A stretch of DNA of 62,811 nucleotides, filler included, from Nitrospinota bacterium (GCA_030620925.1; 11 parts of 11 records of this genome joined end to end with filler, not necessarily neighbours in it), one strand, 5' to 3'; shown: positions 30,387-40,547, numbered from the whole stretch's first letter. The notes: generated from the letters alone by a model not told the origin. A program made the numbers and translations.

Positions 30387-32030
30387 ATGGCGGGCAAGTC
30401 GAATGAACAAGAAAAGCGAGCCCCGGTCGACGGAGCGCCCGGAAGCCTGAAGACGATTTCGGGAGTGCCTCTGAAACCGGTCTATACAGAAGAGGATTTA
30501 AAGGATTTCGATCCCGGGAAGGATTTGGGAGCTCCCGGCGAGTATCCTTACACGCGGGGTGTTCACAGGGATATGTACCGTAAACGGAACTGGACTTACA
30601 GGCTCTATGCCGGTTACGGTCAGGGCGAGGATACCAATGAGCGTTTCAAGTTCCTGCTGAACAACGGCCAGACAGGGCTGAGCATGGCCCTCGATCTGCC
30701 CACCCAGTTGGGGCTCGATTCTGATGATCCCAAATCCTACGGCGAGGTGGGGAGGGTAGGGGTGGCCATCGACTCCCTGAAGGATATGGAGCACATTTAT
30801 GAAGATATATCACTGGACGGCATCAGCACCTCCTTTACCATAAACGCTACCTCCAACATATTGCTGGCGATGTATCTGGCGGTGGCCGAAAATCAGGGTG
30901 TCCCGCAAGAAAAGGTGAGGGGAACCGTTCAGAACGACATACTCAAAGAATACCTGGCCCGGGGCACGTATATCTTTCCGCCCAAACCGTCCATTCGCCT
31001 CATCGGAGACACCGTTGAGTATTGCCTGAAGCATGTTCCCAAATTCAATGCAGTGAACGTGGCCGCCAGCCACATGCGCTCCGCCGGCGCCACCTACATT
31101 CAATCAACGGCCTACATGTTCCTTAACGCCATGGAATATACAAAGGAGGTGCTCAGACGGGGTTACTCCGTAGACGACTTTGCCAGCAACATCTCTTTTC
31201 TATCCGGTGCCAACAGCGACTTTTTCGAGACCGTCGCCAGGCTGCGGGCTTCCCGCCGGCTGTGGGCGCGGTTGATGAAGGAAAGGTTCGAGGCCAAAGA
31301 AGCCAAATCCACCATGTTCAGAGTGGCCACCGGCGGCGACTGCCTGAGTATGACAATGGAGCAGCCCATCGTAAACGTTGCCCGCATAACCCTCCAGGCC
31401 CTCTCAAACGTCTTCGGGGGGACACAATCCATGCTGCTCCCTGCATACGATGAAGCCTACGCCATACCCACCGAGGAATCCGCCCGCGTATCGCTGCGCA
31501 TCCAGCAGGTGCTTTCCAACGAAGCGGGGGTCACCAACGTGGTGGACCCGCTGGCCGGCTCCTACTTCGTGGAATCGCTGACTTCCCAGGTGGAGAAAGA
31601 GATAGTGGCCGTCATGGAGAAGATGGAGGAGAGCGGCGGAATGGTTAACGCCATCGAGAACGGGAGCATACAGCGTCAAATGGCCCGACAGGCCGTAGAG
31701 ATGCAGAGGGAGTGGGATGAGGGCCATCGGCCTCTGGTGGGGCATAACTGCTACACCGTGGAAGAGAGCATAGAAGATTACGAGGCCGAGATGTTCACCA
31801 TGGAACCGGAGGTTTACAACCGGCAGGTGGAGCGACTCAAAGAAATCCGAGCCTCACGGGACAACGCACTGGTGAATCAGAAGCTGGATGCCCTGCGCGG
31901 TGCCGCTCAGGGGACGGAGAACACCTTGCCCTATCTTATAGAGGCCATTAAAGCTTATGCCACGGTAGGCGAGATTACCACCGTTCTTAAGGAAGTCTTC
32001 GGCGAATATCGTCAGCCCACTGCGCTCTGA
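30387..32030 (+). CDS. B12-dependent acyl-CoA mutase large (substrate-binding) subunit, divergent
   Basis: PGEYPYTRG, WTYRLYAG, DLPTQLGLDSD, QNDILKEY, DEA, DPLAGSY, ATVGEI; no DxHxxG B12 domain. Confidence 0.93.
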   Translation: MAGKSNEQEKRAPVDGAPGSLKTISGVPLKPVYTEEDLKDFDPGKDLGAPGEYPYTRGVHRDMYRKRNWTYRLYAGYGQGEDTNERFKFLLNNGQTGLSMALDLPTQLGLDSDDPKSYGEVGRVGVAIDSLKDMEHIYEDISLDGISTSFTINATSNILLAMYLAVAENQGVPQEKVRGTVQNDILKEYLARGTYIFPPKPSIRLIGDTVEYCLKHVPKFNAVNVAASHMRSAGATYIQSTAYMFLNAMEYTKEVLRRGYSVDDFASNISFLSGANSDFFETVARLRASRRLWARLMKERFEAKEAKSTMFRVATGGDCLSMTMEQPIVNVARITLQALSNVFGGTQSMLLPAYDEAYAIPTEESARVSLRIQQVLSNEAGVTNVVDPLAGSYFVESLTSQVEKEIVAVMEKMEESGGMVNAIENGSIQRQMARQAVEMQREWDEGHRPLVGHNCYTVEESIEDYEAEMFTMEPEVYNRQVERLKEIRASRDNALVNQKLDALRGAAQGTENTLPYLIEAIKAYATVGEITTVLKEVFGEYRQPTAL

Positions 32031-32173
32031 CAAAAGCGGCCGATGATCCCCGTACACAGCGGGGAGTAAACTATTTTATTAAGTTAATAGGGCGCCCCGC
32101 GGCATAGGGGCAGCCGCACCGGAAGTCCCGCCTGCGGCGGAAAATAGTAGATATAGTAGATGAGGTATTGCCT

Positions 32174-33364
32174 ATGAAGGGACCATTGGCAGGAGTGAAA
32201 GTGCTGGACTTGACCCGGGCGCTGGCCGGTCCTTATGGCTCTATGATACTTGGCGATCTGGGGGCGGATATAATCAAGGTGGAGGGGCCGGATGGTGATT
32301 TCACCCGAAAGGTGCCCCCTCACTTCCATATGGGCCAGAGCATGTATTTCATATCCATGAATCGAAGCAAGAAGAGCGTAGGCATAGACCTTAAAAGCGA
32401 AGGGGGGAGGGAGGTCTTTTATCGGTTGACCGAGCACGCCGACGTAGTCTTCGATAATTTCAGAGGCGGCGTTACAGCCAAGCTGAAGCTGGACTATAAA
32501 ACCCTCAAAGCCGTTAACCCCCGGATAATAACGTGCTCACTGTCGGGCTACGGCAGCAAAGGGCCCCTTGCCGATCAGCCCGCCTACGATCTTCCAATAC
32601 AAGCCTTCAGCGGCGGAATGAGCATCACCGGCGAACCGGGGAGACCCCCCGTAAGGGCGGGCATACCCATTTCCGACCTGTGCGCCGGAATGTTCGCCGC
32701 CCACGGCATAATGGCCGCCCTCTACGCCAGGGAAAAAACGGGGGAAGGGCAGCCTGTGGAAGTTTCTCTGATGAGCGGCCAGATAGGCATGCTGGCCTAC
32801 ATGGCGGGATACTACTTCAAGTCGGGCCAGATACCCGGCCCCGTCGGTTCGGGCCATCAGACCACCGTCCCCTACGGGGCTTTTAAGACCACCGACGGAT
32901 GGATAGCCTTCTCCGGCGGCCAGGACCAGTTCTGGCCCAAGCTGTGCCGGGCGATAGGAATGGAGGAGATGGCGTCCGACGAGAAATTCCGTGATAAGAA
33001 AAACCGCCAGGAAAACCGGGACGTGCTCTACGAAATATTGAGCGAGAAGTTCGCCCAAAAGAGCACCGAGGAATGGTTGAAAATAATGATGGATTACGAT
33101 ATACCCGCCTCCCCCGTCCATAACCTTGAGCAGGCCCTTAACCATCCCCAGGTGCTGGCCAATAATATGGTGCTCGACCTCACGCCCCCCGAGGGGCCGC
33201 CCATAAAGGTTGCGGGAAACCCCATAAAGATGCCCTCGATTCCTGATAAGGATTATGCCTATCCGCCTCTTTTAGGCCAGCACACCGATGAAATCCTCAC
33301 CTCGCTGCTGGGTTATTCCTCAGAGCGGATTGCGAAACTGAGAGAAGAGGGAGTAATTTTTTAA
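32174..33364 (+). CDS. Family III CoA-transferase (CaiB/BaiF)
   Basis: VLDLTRALAGP, NRSKKS, SGYG, ISD catalytic Asp, PLLGQHT. Confidence 0.95.
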   Translation: MKGPLAGVKVLDLTRALAGPYGSMILGDLGADIIKVEGPDGDFTRKVPPHFHMGQSMYFISMNRSKKSVGIDLKSEGGREVFYRLTEHADVVFDNFRGGVTAKLKLDYKTLKAVNPRIITCSLSGYGSKGPLADQPAYDLPIQAFSGGMSITGEPGRPPVRAGIPISDLCAGMFAAHGIMAALYAREKTGEGQPVEVSLMSGQIGMLAYMAGYYFKSGQIPGPVGSGHQTTVPYGAFKTTDGWIAFSGGQDQFWPKLCRAIGMEEMASDEKFRDKKNRQENRDVLYEILSEKFAQKSTEEWLKIMMDYDIPASPVHNLEQALNHPQVLANNMVLDLTPPEGPPIKVAGNPIKMPSIPDKDYAYPPLLGQHTDEILTSLLGYSSERIAKLREEGVIF

Positions 33365-33427
33365 TACTAGACCTGATGCACGACTCTGTGCTGTCTCTCA
33401 GTCGGCATTTATTGAAATATTATAATC

Positions 33428-33563
33428 GCAGGAGCGGCATCTTGGCGCGATTGCCAGCATTATCTTAACCGTAACCCGGGTTTGTCGCTCGGTTGCGATT
33501 CGCGCCTGGAATGCGCTCCTACAGTATGAAAACGTATAATCGAGTGCGGCGGGATGCCGCTCC
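33428..33563. repeat. Cluster of GTAG-type REP-like palindromes
   Basis: gcaggagcggcatcttggcgcgat (33428), inverted tcgcgcctggaatgcgctcctaca (33500), gcggcgggatgccgctcc (33546), between convergent genes. Confidence 0.7.
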
Positions 33564-33576
33564 ATCCCGTAGTCTT

Positions 33577-35019
33577 TTACTGTCGCCAGTAGGTGGCGGT
33601 GAAGAGCACCAGGACCGTATAAATCTCAAGCCTCCCCATGAGCATGCACACAATCAGCACCCATTTCCCCAGGATCGGTATATGGGCGTAGTCGTGGGTG
33701 GGCCCTACCAGCCCGAAGCCGGGGCCTATATTCCCCAGCGTGGCCGCCACCGAGCCCAGAGAGGTGACGATGTCGTACCCTAAGCCGGCCATTATCAGGG
33801 AAGCCAGCAGGAAGGTGCCCGTATAAACGAGGAAAAACGCCATGGCGCCGTGTATGACCTCAGAGGGCACGGGTTTCCCGCTGATTTTCATGCTGATGAC
33901 CGCCTTGGGGTGCACCAGCCGGGAAAGCTCATAGTAGCTCTGCTTGATGAACATAAGCATGCGTCCCTGTTTCATGGCGCCCCCGGTGGAGCCCGCACAA
34001 CCGCCCATGAAGATCAGTATGAACAGCACCAGCCTGGATAAAAACGGCCATTGTTCGTAGTTCGCCGTCCCGTAGCCGGTGGTCGTAGTCATACTGATCA
34101 CCTGGAATATGGAATACCTGAAAGCTTTGGATAGTGAACCGTAGATGTCGATCCTCGTCTGCACGGTGATGATCAGGGTGGCCACCAAAAGCACGGTGAC
34201 ATAAAAAAGAAACTCGCTGTCCCTGAAATAAGCTGTCGGTTTTCCCCTGATGGCGCTGTAATGCAGCACGAAATTAACGCCCGCCAGGAACATGAAGACG
34301 GTGATGACTGTATCCACGTAGGCGCTATTATATGCTCCGATGCTGGTCGCCTTCGTGGAGAAGCCTCCGGTGGCCATGGTGGTGAAGGCGTGAGACACCG
34401 CCTCGTACAGCGAAACGTCGCCCAGGTAGAGGAGCACCACCTCGGCGGCGGAGAATATGAGGTAGGTCACCCACAGCAGCCTGGCGGTCTCCTTGATGCG
34501 GGGGCTGAGCCTGTCGGGGGTGGGGCCGGGGACTTCGGCCCTGAATATCTGCATCCCTCCCACACCCAGCGTGGGCAGAATAGCAAGAGAGAGGACGATG
34601 ATCCCCATCCCCCCCAGCCACTGGATAAGGCTGCGCCATAGCAGGATGCCGTGGGGTTGGGCTTCTATGTTGGTGAGTACCGTAGCCCCCGTGGTTGTGA
34701 AACCGGACATGGATTCGAAAACGGCGTCGGTAAAACCACCGAAGGAGCCGTAAAATAGAAAGGGGAGGCTCCCGAAGAACGCCGCCGAAACCCACCCCAG
34801 CGTTACCACGGCGAAAGCCTCTCTGGTGCCCATTTCGCCGGGGGATCTGGACAGCAAGACGAAGGCCAACCCGACGGAGACGGTCAGGAGAGAAGAATAG
34901 AGGAAGGAGTTGGCGTCGCCTTCTCCGAAGTAGATCGAGACTCCCAGGGGGGCCAGCATGCAAAGGCCCACGGCGGCTATGAGCGCGCCGATGATATAGA
35001 GGATGACCCTTAAGTTCAC
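33577..35019 (-). CDS. trkH: Trk K+ uptake membrane subunit
   Basis: FESMSGFTTTG, QWLGGMG, ATGGFS, TTTGY, GGCAGSTGG, LGNIGPG, GRLE. Confidence 0.96.
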   Translation of the reverse strand: MNLRVILYIIGALIAAVGLCMLAPLGVSIYFGEGDANSFLYSSLLTVSVGLAFVLLSRSPGEMGTREAFAVVTLGWVSAAFFGSLPFLFYGSFGGFTDAVFESMSGFTTTGATVLTNIEAQPHGILLWRSLIQWLGGMGIIVLSLAILPTLGVGGMQIFRAEVPGPTPDRLSPRIKETARLLWVTYLIFSAAEVVLLYLGDVSLYEAVSHAFTTMATGGFSTKATSIGAYNSAYVDTVITVFMFLAGVNFVLHYSAIRGKPTAYFRDSEFLFYVTVLLVATLIITVQTRIDIYGSLSKAFRYSIFQVISMTTTTGYGTANYEQWPFLSRLVLFILIFMGGCAGSTGGAMKQGRMLMFIKQSYYELSRLVHPKAVISMKISGKPVPSEVIHGAMAFFLVYTGTFLLASLIMAGLGYDIVTSLGSVAATLGNIGPGFGLVGPTHDYAHIPILGKWVLIVCMLMGRLEIYTVLVLFTATYWRQ

Positions 35020-35037
35020 GTTGTGCTTTCGAGGAAT

Positions 35038-36378
35038 TTAGCTATCGAATAGGTCTTCTACTTTCTTCAACTGGTCAGGCAGCGTGAGAATGATGACCCT
35101 GTCATCGGGCATAATGACATCTTCGCCATGGGGGATGATGACTTTTTCCCCCCGAACGATGGCCCCGATAAGAGAACCCCGGGGGACCTTTAAATCCTTT
35201 ATCGGCGTGCCCACGCATTTGGAAGTAGGGGATGCTGCTATCTCCACGGTTTCAGCCTTATCTTCGAGCAGCGTTGCCATGGACAATATTTTGGTTTTGC
35301 GGATCAGCTTCAGGATGAAGTCAGACGTGAGCTGCATGGGGTTAATGGGCACGTCGATCCCCAACGAAGAGGCCAGGGGGACGAACTCCTCGTCGGTGAT
35401 GAGGCAGATGGACTTTTGGACATTGTTCTGCTTGGCCAACAGCGCGGCAAGGAGGTTGACTTCGTTCTGGTCGGTGGCGGACACAAAAGTGTGTGTGTTC
35501 ATTATGCCCTCCTGCATGAGCAGTTTCCTGTCTTTGCCGTCGCCGTTGAGCACCAGCGTTTTCTTCAGATGTTCCGATAAAAAATTGCACCTCTTGAGGT
35601 CTCTTTCGATGAGGGTAACGTTGAGGTTATCTTCATCCAGCCTTTGCGCTATGTTGAAGCCCACCCTTCCTCCACCCACGATGACTATCTTCCGGGTTTC
35701 GTCCGGTTTATCCTTGTTAACCAGGCGGAGAACTTTTTTCAGCGACTCGTCCTTGGTTATCACGAACAGCTTATCACCGGCCAGCACGTGGTCCTCTCCG
35801 GAGGGAATTATAGGAGTGTCGTTTCGGATTATGGCGGCCACCCGAAAAGAGGGTATGTTGGGAATCTCGCTCAGTTTGTTATGGGCTATGGGGGCTTCAC
35901 TGGTAATCTTGAACCCCATCAGCTTTATCTTGCCTTCAGCAAACTCATACCAATCGGTCAAGCCGGGGGTTTTGGCTATCTGCGCTATTTCCTGTGCCAC
36001 GAGGCGGTTGGGGTTGATAGCGTGATCAACGCCCAGCCTTTCAAGGGGAATAGAGAAGTCTTTAGTAGTGAACTCTTGTTCACGGATGCGGGCCACGGTG
36101 ATGGGAACGCCGCACTCCTTGGCTATCAGGCAGGCCAGGATGTTCTTTTCGTCCATCTCGGTGACCGCAAGAACCATGTCTGCATCTCTTACACCCACGG
36201 CATCCAGCACGGTCAGATTTGTGCCGCTGGCCTTGAAGGTCTGAACGTCCATCTCTTCCATCGCGCGGCGAATAACCTCTTCCCGCTCGTCGACGATGAC
36301 TACCTCGACACCCTCTTTTACCAGGTTGAGGGCCAGGTTGAAGCCCACAACGCCTGCGCCTATAACGATAACCTTCAC
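35038..36378 (-). CDS. trkA: Trk K+ uptake NAD-binding subunit (tandem RCK)
   Basis: IGAGVVG and VGGGRVG Rossmann motifs, about 450 aa, upstream of trkH. Confidence 0.95.
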   Translation of the reverse strand: MKVIVIGAGVVGFNLALNLVKEGVEVVIVDEREEVIRRAMEEMDVQTFKASGTNLTVLDAVGVRDADMVLAVTEMDEKNILACLIAKECGVPITVARIREQEFTTKDFSIPLERLGVDHAINPNRLVAQEIAQIAKTPGLTDWYEFAEGKIKLMGFKITSEAPIAHNKLSEIPNIPSFRVAAIIRNDTPIIPSGEDHVLAGDKLFVITKDESLKKVLRLVNKDKPDETRKIVIVGGGRVGFNIAQRLDEDNLNVTLIERDLKRCNFLSEHLKKTLVLNGDGKDRKLLMQEGIMNTHTFVSATDQNEVNLLAALLAKQNNVQKSICLITDEEFVPLASSLGIDVPINPMQLTSDFILKLIRKTKILSMATLLEDKAETVEIAASPTSKCVGTPIKDLKVPRGSLIGAIVRGEKVIIPHGEDVIMPDDRVIILTLPDQLKKVEDLFDS

Positions 36379-36584
36379 TCTAAGGTCTCCCAAAAATATT
36401 AAAAGACTTTCGCCCTTCCGGCCAAAGTCCGATTCGTTTCATCAATTTATATATAGTTCTCTTAGTATCAATAAGCTATTATACACAATCCGGGCGGTCA
36501 AGCATAGTATGAGAGGTGTTGCGCCATGATTTTTAAGAGGGATAAAAAGTTTTCCCGGGGCGCTGTAACGCAGGGGGGAGAAAG

Positions 36585-36924
36585 ATGAAGGCGGCGGTTT
36601 TAAGGGGCTTAAGAGATATTGTATGCGAGGAAGTTCCTGATCCACAGCCGGGGCCGGGTGAAGTTCTGATTAAGGTCCGTTACTGCGGTATTTGCGGCTC
36701 CGATATACATGGTTACAGAGAAGGTCTTTTCCCGCCGGGCACGGTTATGGGGCACGAGTTTTCGGGTGATGTGGTTGAGGTGGGGTCGGGGGTGGAAAAT
36801 ATAAGCGTTGGTGAAAAAGCAACGGTGAACCCCGCGAACCCGTGCGGTGAATGCCGATGGTGCAGGAATGGGCGGTATTCACTCTGCCCCACGGGGATGG
36901 CCGCGGGGATAGGCTTGAGCGACT
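36585..36924 (+). CDS. Zn-dependent alcohol dehydrogenase (3'-truncated)
   Basis: GICGSD, GHEFSG, CGECRWC...C. Confidence 0.93.
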
Positions 36925-37024
36925 NNNNNNNNNNNNNNNNNNNNNNNNNNNNNNNNNNNNNNNNNNNNTTAATTAATTAANNNNNNNNNNNNNNNNNNNN
37001 NNNNNNNNNNNNNNNNNNNNNNNN

Positions 37025-37597
37025 AGGAAAAATATAGGTCTGGCGCTTCGTGTGGTGAGAACCCTGGCTGACATGGGGAAAGAGCCCCGCCTCGTGGTAA
37101 CCGGCCCCCCCGGAACCCATTCGCCGGGCCATGTGGACTATTTTCAGTTCCTCAAAACCGAAGTGGAGGAGCTGGGAATAGTGGATTACGTGAAATTCCT
37201 CTATGAGTTTAAGGATTTGAGCGCCCCATCGTTGCCTCTACAAGTCACTGACGGCATGGTTGCAGCTCTTTACAACATTTCGGACATCCTTTTCATGCCC
37301 AGCACTGAAGAGGGTGTCGGTATCCCGCTTCTTGAAGCGGGGGTGTTCAAGCTGCCGGTTCTCTGTTCGGATATAGGCCCTTTCCGAGAAATAGGGGGCG
37401 AAAAAGTGGAGTTTTTCGCATCGGGGCTGGCTCATGAGAAGGTGGCCGAAAAGGTCCTGTCCCTCACCGAGGGGACTAAAACCGGGCGCATGTTCAGGTC
37501 GGCCGTGAAGGAATTCAGGTGGGAGAATATCTTTCAGGAGAAGATAGAGCCTCTGATACTGGAAATTTGGGAGGAGAAGAGGGGGTTGAATGGGTAG
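37025..37597 (+). CDS. GT4 glycosyltransferase C-terminal part (5'-truncated); near-copy of 50692-51726
   Basis: RKNI, PSTEEGVGIPLLEAG; first 321 nt match the reverse complement of 50692-51012. Confidence 0.9.
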   Translation, partial: RKNIGLALRVVRTLADMGKEPRLVVTGPPGTHSPGHVDYFQFLKTEVEELGIVDYVKFLYEFKDLSAPSLPLQVTDGMVAALYNISDILFMPSTEEGVGIPLLEAGVFKLPVLCSDIGPFREIGGEKVEFFASGLAHEKVAEKVLSLTEGTKTGRMFRSAVKEFRWENIFQEKIEPLILEIWEEKRGLNG

Positions 37598-38144
37598 GTT
37601 AGGGCTCCTAAGACACGGGCAGACAGATCTTAATCTCAAGGGGGTCATGGCGGGCGGCATGGACGTCCCCCTTAATCAAGAGGGGGTCCGCCAGGCCCGG
37701 GCCGTGGTGGAGAAACTGAAAGGCAAGAAGGTGGACCATATATACACCAGCCGGCTCCAGAGAGCGTACCGAACGGCGGAGATAATAGCCGCTGAACTTG
37801 ACGTGGGAGTGACCAGATTAGCGGGCTTCAATGAGTTGTGCCAGGGAGAGTGGGAGGGGTTGTCGCTTCAGGAGATTAATAGAAAGTACCCCGGAAAGTG
37901 GGAGGAATGGCGAAAAAATCCCCTCGATTTCACTCCCCCTGGAGGGGAATCAATCCCCAGCGTATCCGAGAGGGTAGTGAAATGCCTTGATGGATTGCTG
38001 CCGGAGTTAAAGGAGAGAGACACGCTTATAGTGGCCCATCAGGTGGCCAATATTTGCCTCCGTTGCTACCTTGAAGGGATAGAGCTCAGCCGGGCCTGGG
38101 AGTTGGAAGCGGGCAATGCGACAATTAAGTGGTTGAATATTTGA
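37590..38144 (+). CDS. Histidine phosphatase (PGM/CobC/GpgP family)
   Basis: LRHGQT, SRLQRA, E..QGEWEG, GGES, VAH; overlaps the GT stop. Confidence 0.93.
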   Translation: MGRLGLLRHGQTDLNLKGVMAGGMDVPLNQEGVRQARAVVEKLKGKKVDHIYTSRLQRAYRTAEIIAAELDVGVTRLAGFNELCQGEWEGLSLQEINRKYPGKWEEWRKNPLDFTPPGGESIPSVSERVVKCLDGLLPELKERDTLIVAHQVANICLRCYLEGIELSRAWELEAGNATIKWLNI

Positions 38145-38428
38145 GGTTGTTCATATAGGATGATGTCGCTCGGTATTACATATATTTCGGTATTATATAT
38201 ATTATTGTCGTAGAGAAAATGTGGGATACCCTCTGAGTTGGCGTTTACTACCGTAGAGCATCGTCGGAGTATAAATCCATTTCTCGTTTATCAGGTTTCA
38301 GTGTATACCCTGCCCGAAGTAACGCTATATGAAATAAGAGCCACGGCTCTGAGAAATATCATGATTTTAAAGCGGTAAATTATATTAAATCAACATGCTG
38401 ATAGCTTTTGATTGCAGATTGGCCGGCT

Positions 38429-39611
38429 ATGGAATACTTGGAAGAATTGATGAAGAGGAAGGATGTGGCGGGCGCCATGGCCATGGTGGAAGAATGTATG
38501 GGTAGAATGGTTGCCGATGCTATAAAGATAAGCCAAACTCCCGCCCCTACATTCGATGAAGGGGAGAGGGCGGACCTCATGGAGGAGCTTTATAAGAGCC
38601 TGAAATTGGGGAACGTGGCCAGGGATGACGTGGGAAACGTAATCTTCTGTTTGAGTGAAGGAGCAGCGAGGCCCAATATTTATCTTGTGGCACACATGGA
38701 TACCAACTACTCCAGGGAAGAAGACCACACCGCATCGTTGGACGGCGAAAAACTATCCGGCCCCAGCGTGGCTGATAACAGTGTGGGATTGGCGGCCCTG
38801 ATTACTCTTTCCCGCATTTCGAAGAAGGCTAACCTGAAATTGGGAGCGAATGTTTATTGCGTCTCAACCGTGGGTTCACATGGGAAAGGCTACTCGGCCG
38901 GTATCAGGTCTGTAGTGGATGAGCTGGGTGAAAATATAGATGCAGTTATCGGTGTCGAAGGGGTGGAATTAGGCAGGATTGGGCATTTTTCCCAGGGGTG
39001 CAGGATTCTAGACGTCTCTTGCAAGATGAAGATGATGGAAGGTGAACCCGAGCAGGAAGCTGAGAGGCCTAATGCCGTGCGGGTGATAGCCGAAATAATC
39101 CACAAGATAGGAGGGCTTAAACTCCCTTCCGCACCTGATGCCGTTATCAATTTCGGTTTTGTGGAGGGGGGAGAGGAATACGATAAGATTCCCACATCTT
39201 CACGGTGCGGGATTGAAGTACTTTCCATGGATACAGATTCGCTGGCCCATGTGGAGAACAGGGTCAGGTTCTGGGTCAACAAGATAGCCGCAAAAATGGG
39301 TGCTGAAGCGCGGATAGAATCAGTGCGCCAGCATCCCAGCGGCAGTATATCCGAGGACCACTTTCTGGTGGAGCTGTCTAAGGACGTTAACACTTTCCTG
39401 AATTTGAAACCCCTGCCGGGGGGCGCCTCCCCCGACATCTCAGTGCCTTTGAGTCGGGGTATACCCGCCGTTGCCCTGGCGGTTACCGAGGGGGTGGCTC
39501 AAAGAGGAGAAGAGACCGCCTTCATCAGTCCCATGTCCCAGGGAATCAAGCAGCTGCTCCTCACAATCCTTGCCCTTGCCGCCAGGTGGGATGAATTCAT
39601 TACACTCCCCG
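38429..39611 (+). CDS. M20/M28-fold metallohydrolase-like protein with a degenerate active site (3' end at gap)
   Basis: PAPTFDE, DDVGNV, AHMDT, GPSVADN, GIPAV; EE and terminal His motifs altered. Confidence 0.8.
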
Positions 39612-39711
39612 NNNNNNNNNNNNNNNNNNNNNNNNNNNNNNNNNNNNNNNNNNNNTTAATTAATTAANNNNNNNNNNNNNNNNNNNNNNNNNNNNNNNNN
39701 NNNNNNNNNNN

Positions 39712-40427
39712 GCGGTGGCGTAGGCGTTGTTGGCACCTGCCTGCTTGATGTGGGGCACGGATATGTTGATAGGGTTGAATTTAGGTATGTTTTCGATGCA
39801 GTACTCGATGGTGTCACCGATGAGCTTCACCGAAGGCCGGGTGGGGAAAATCCATGTGCCCCGCGCCAGATACTCTTTGAGGATGTCGTTCTGGAGGGTG
39901 CCCCTGAGCTCTTTCACCTCAGCTCCGTTCTTTTCGGCCACGACGATGTACATGGCCAGGAGGATATTGGAGGTGGCGTTGACGGTGAATGAGGTGCTTA
40001 TGGAATTGAGGGGGATGTCCTTAAAGATGCCTTCCATATCCTCAAGGGTATCGATGGATACACCAGCCCTGCCCACTTCGCTCTGGGCCAGGTGGTTGTC
40101 CGAATCGAGCCCCACCTGGGTGGGCAGGTCCAATGCCACGCTTAGGCCTGTCTGGCCGTTTTTTATGAGGAACTTGTAGCGCTCGTTGGTATCCTCGGCG
40201 GTGGCGAAGCCGGAATACTGCCTGAACGTCCACGGTCTCCCCCGATACATGGTGGGATAGATGCCCCTGGTAAATGGGTACTGGCCCGGCTCGCCCAGGT
40301 CATTATGGTAGTCCAGGTGCTTGATATCGTCCGGGCCGTAGACGGGCTTTATCTTTATCCCCGAACAGACCTCCACCTCCTCTATCTCTTTCTGCCCCTT
40401 TTCCTGAGGTTTCTCGCCGCCGGCCAT
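39712..40427 (-). CDS. Second B12-dependent acyl-CoA mutase large subunit (3'-truncated)
   Basis: PGQYPFTRG, PWTFRQYSGF, DLPTQ, QNDILKEYLARG. Confidence 0.93.
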
Positions 40428-40547
40428 AAAATTTCCTCCCCTGTTCGGATTATATTTCCATACCTAAAAATTGAGTTATGCTTATCGCAGGCTAGCCCGT
40501 TTAGCTTTTCCGGCAGCTCTTGTTTATGCTTCCGGGTGGACGACGCC

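Noticed and set aside
29299-36378. Functional link between the K+ transport genes and the mutase module they flank
   Set aside because: trkAH is convergent and separated by repeats; there is no evidence beyond proximity.
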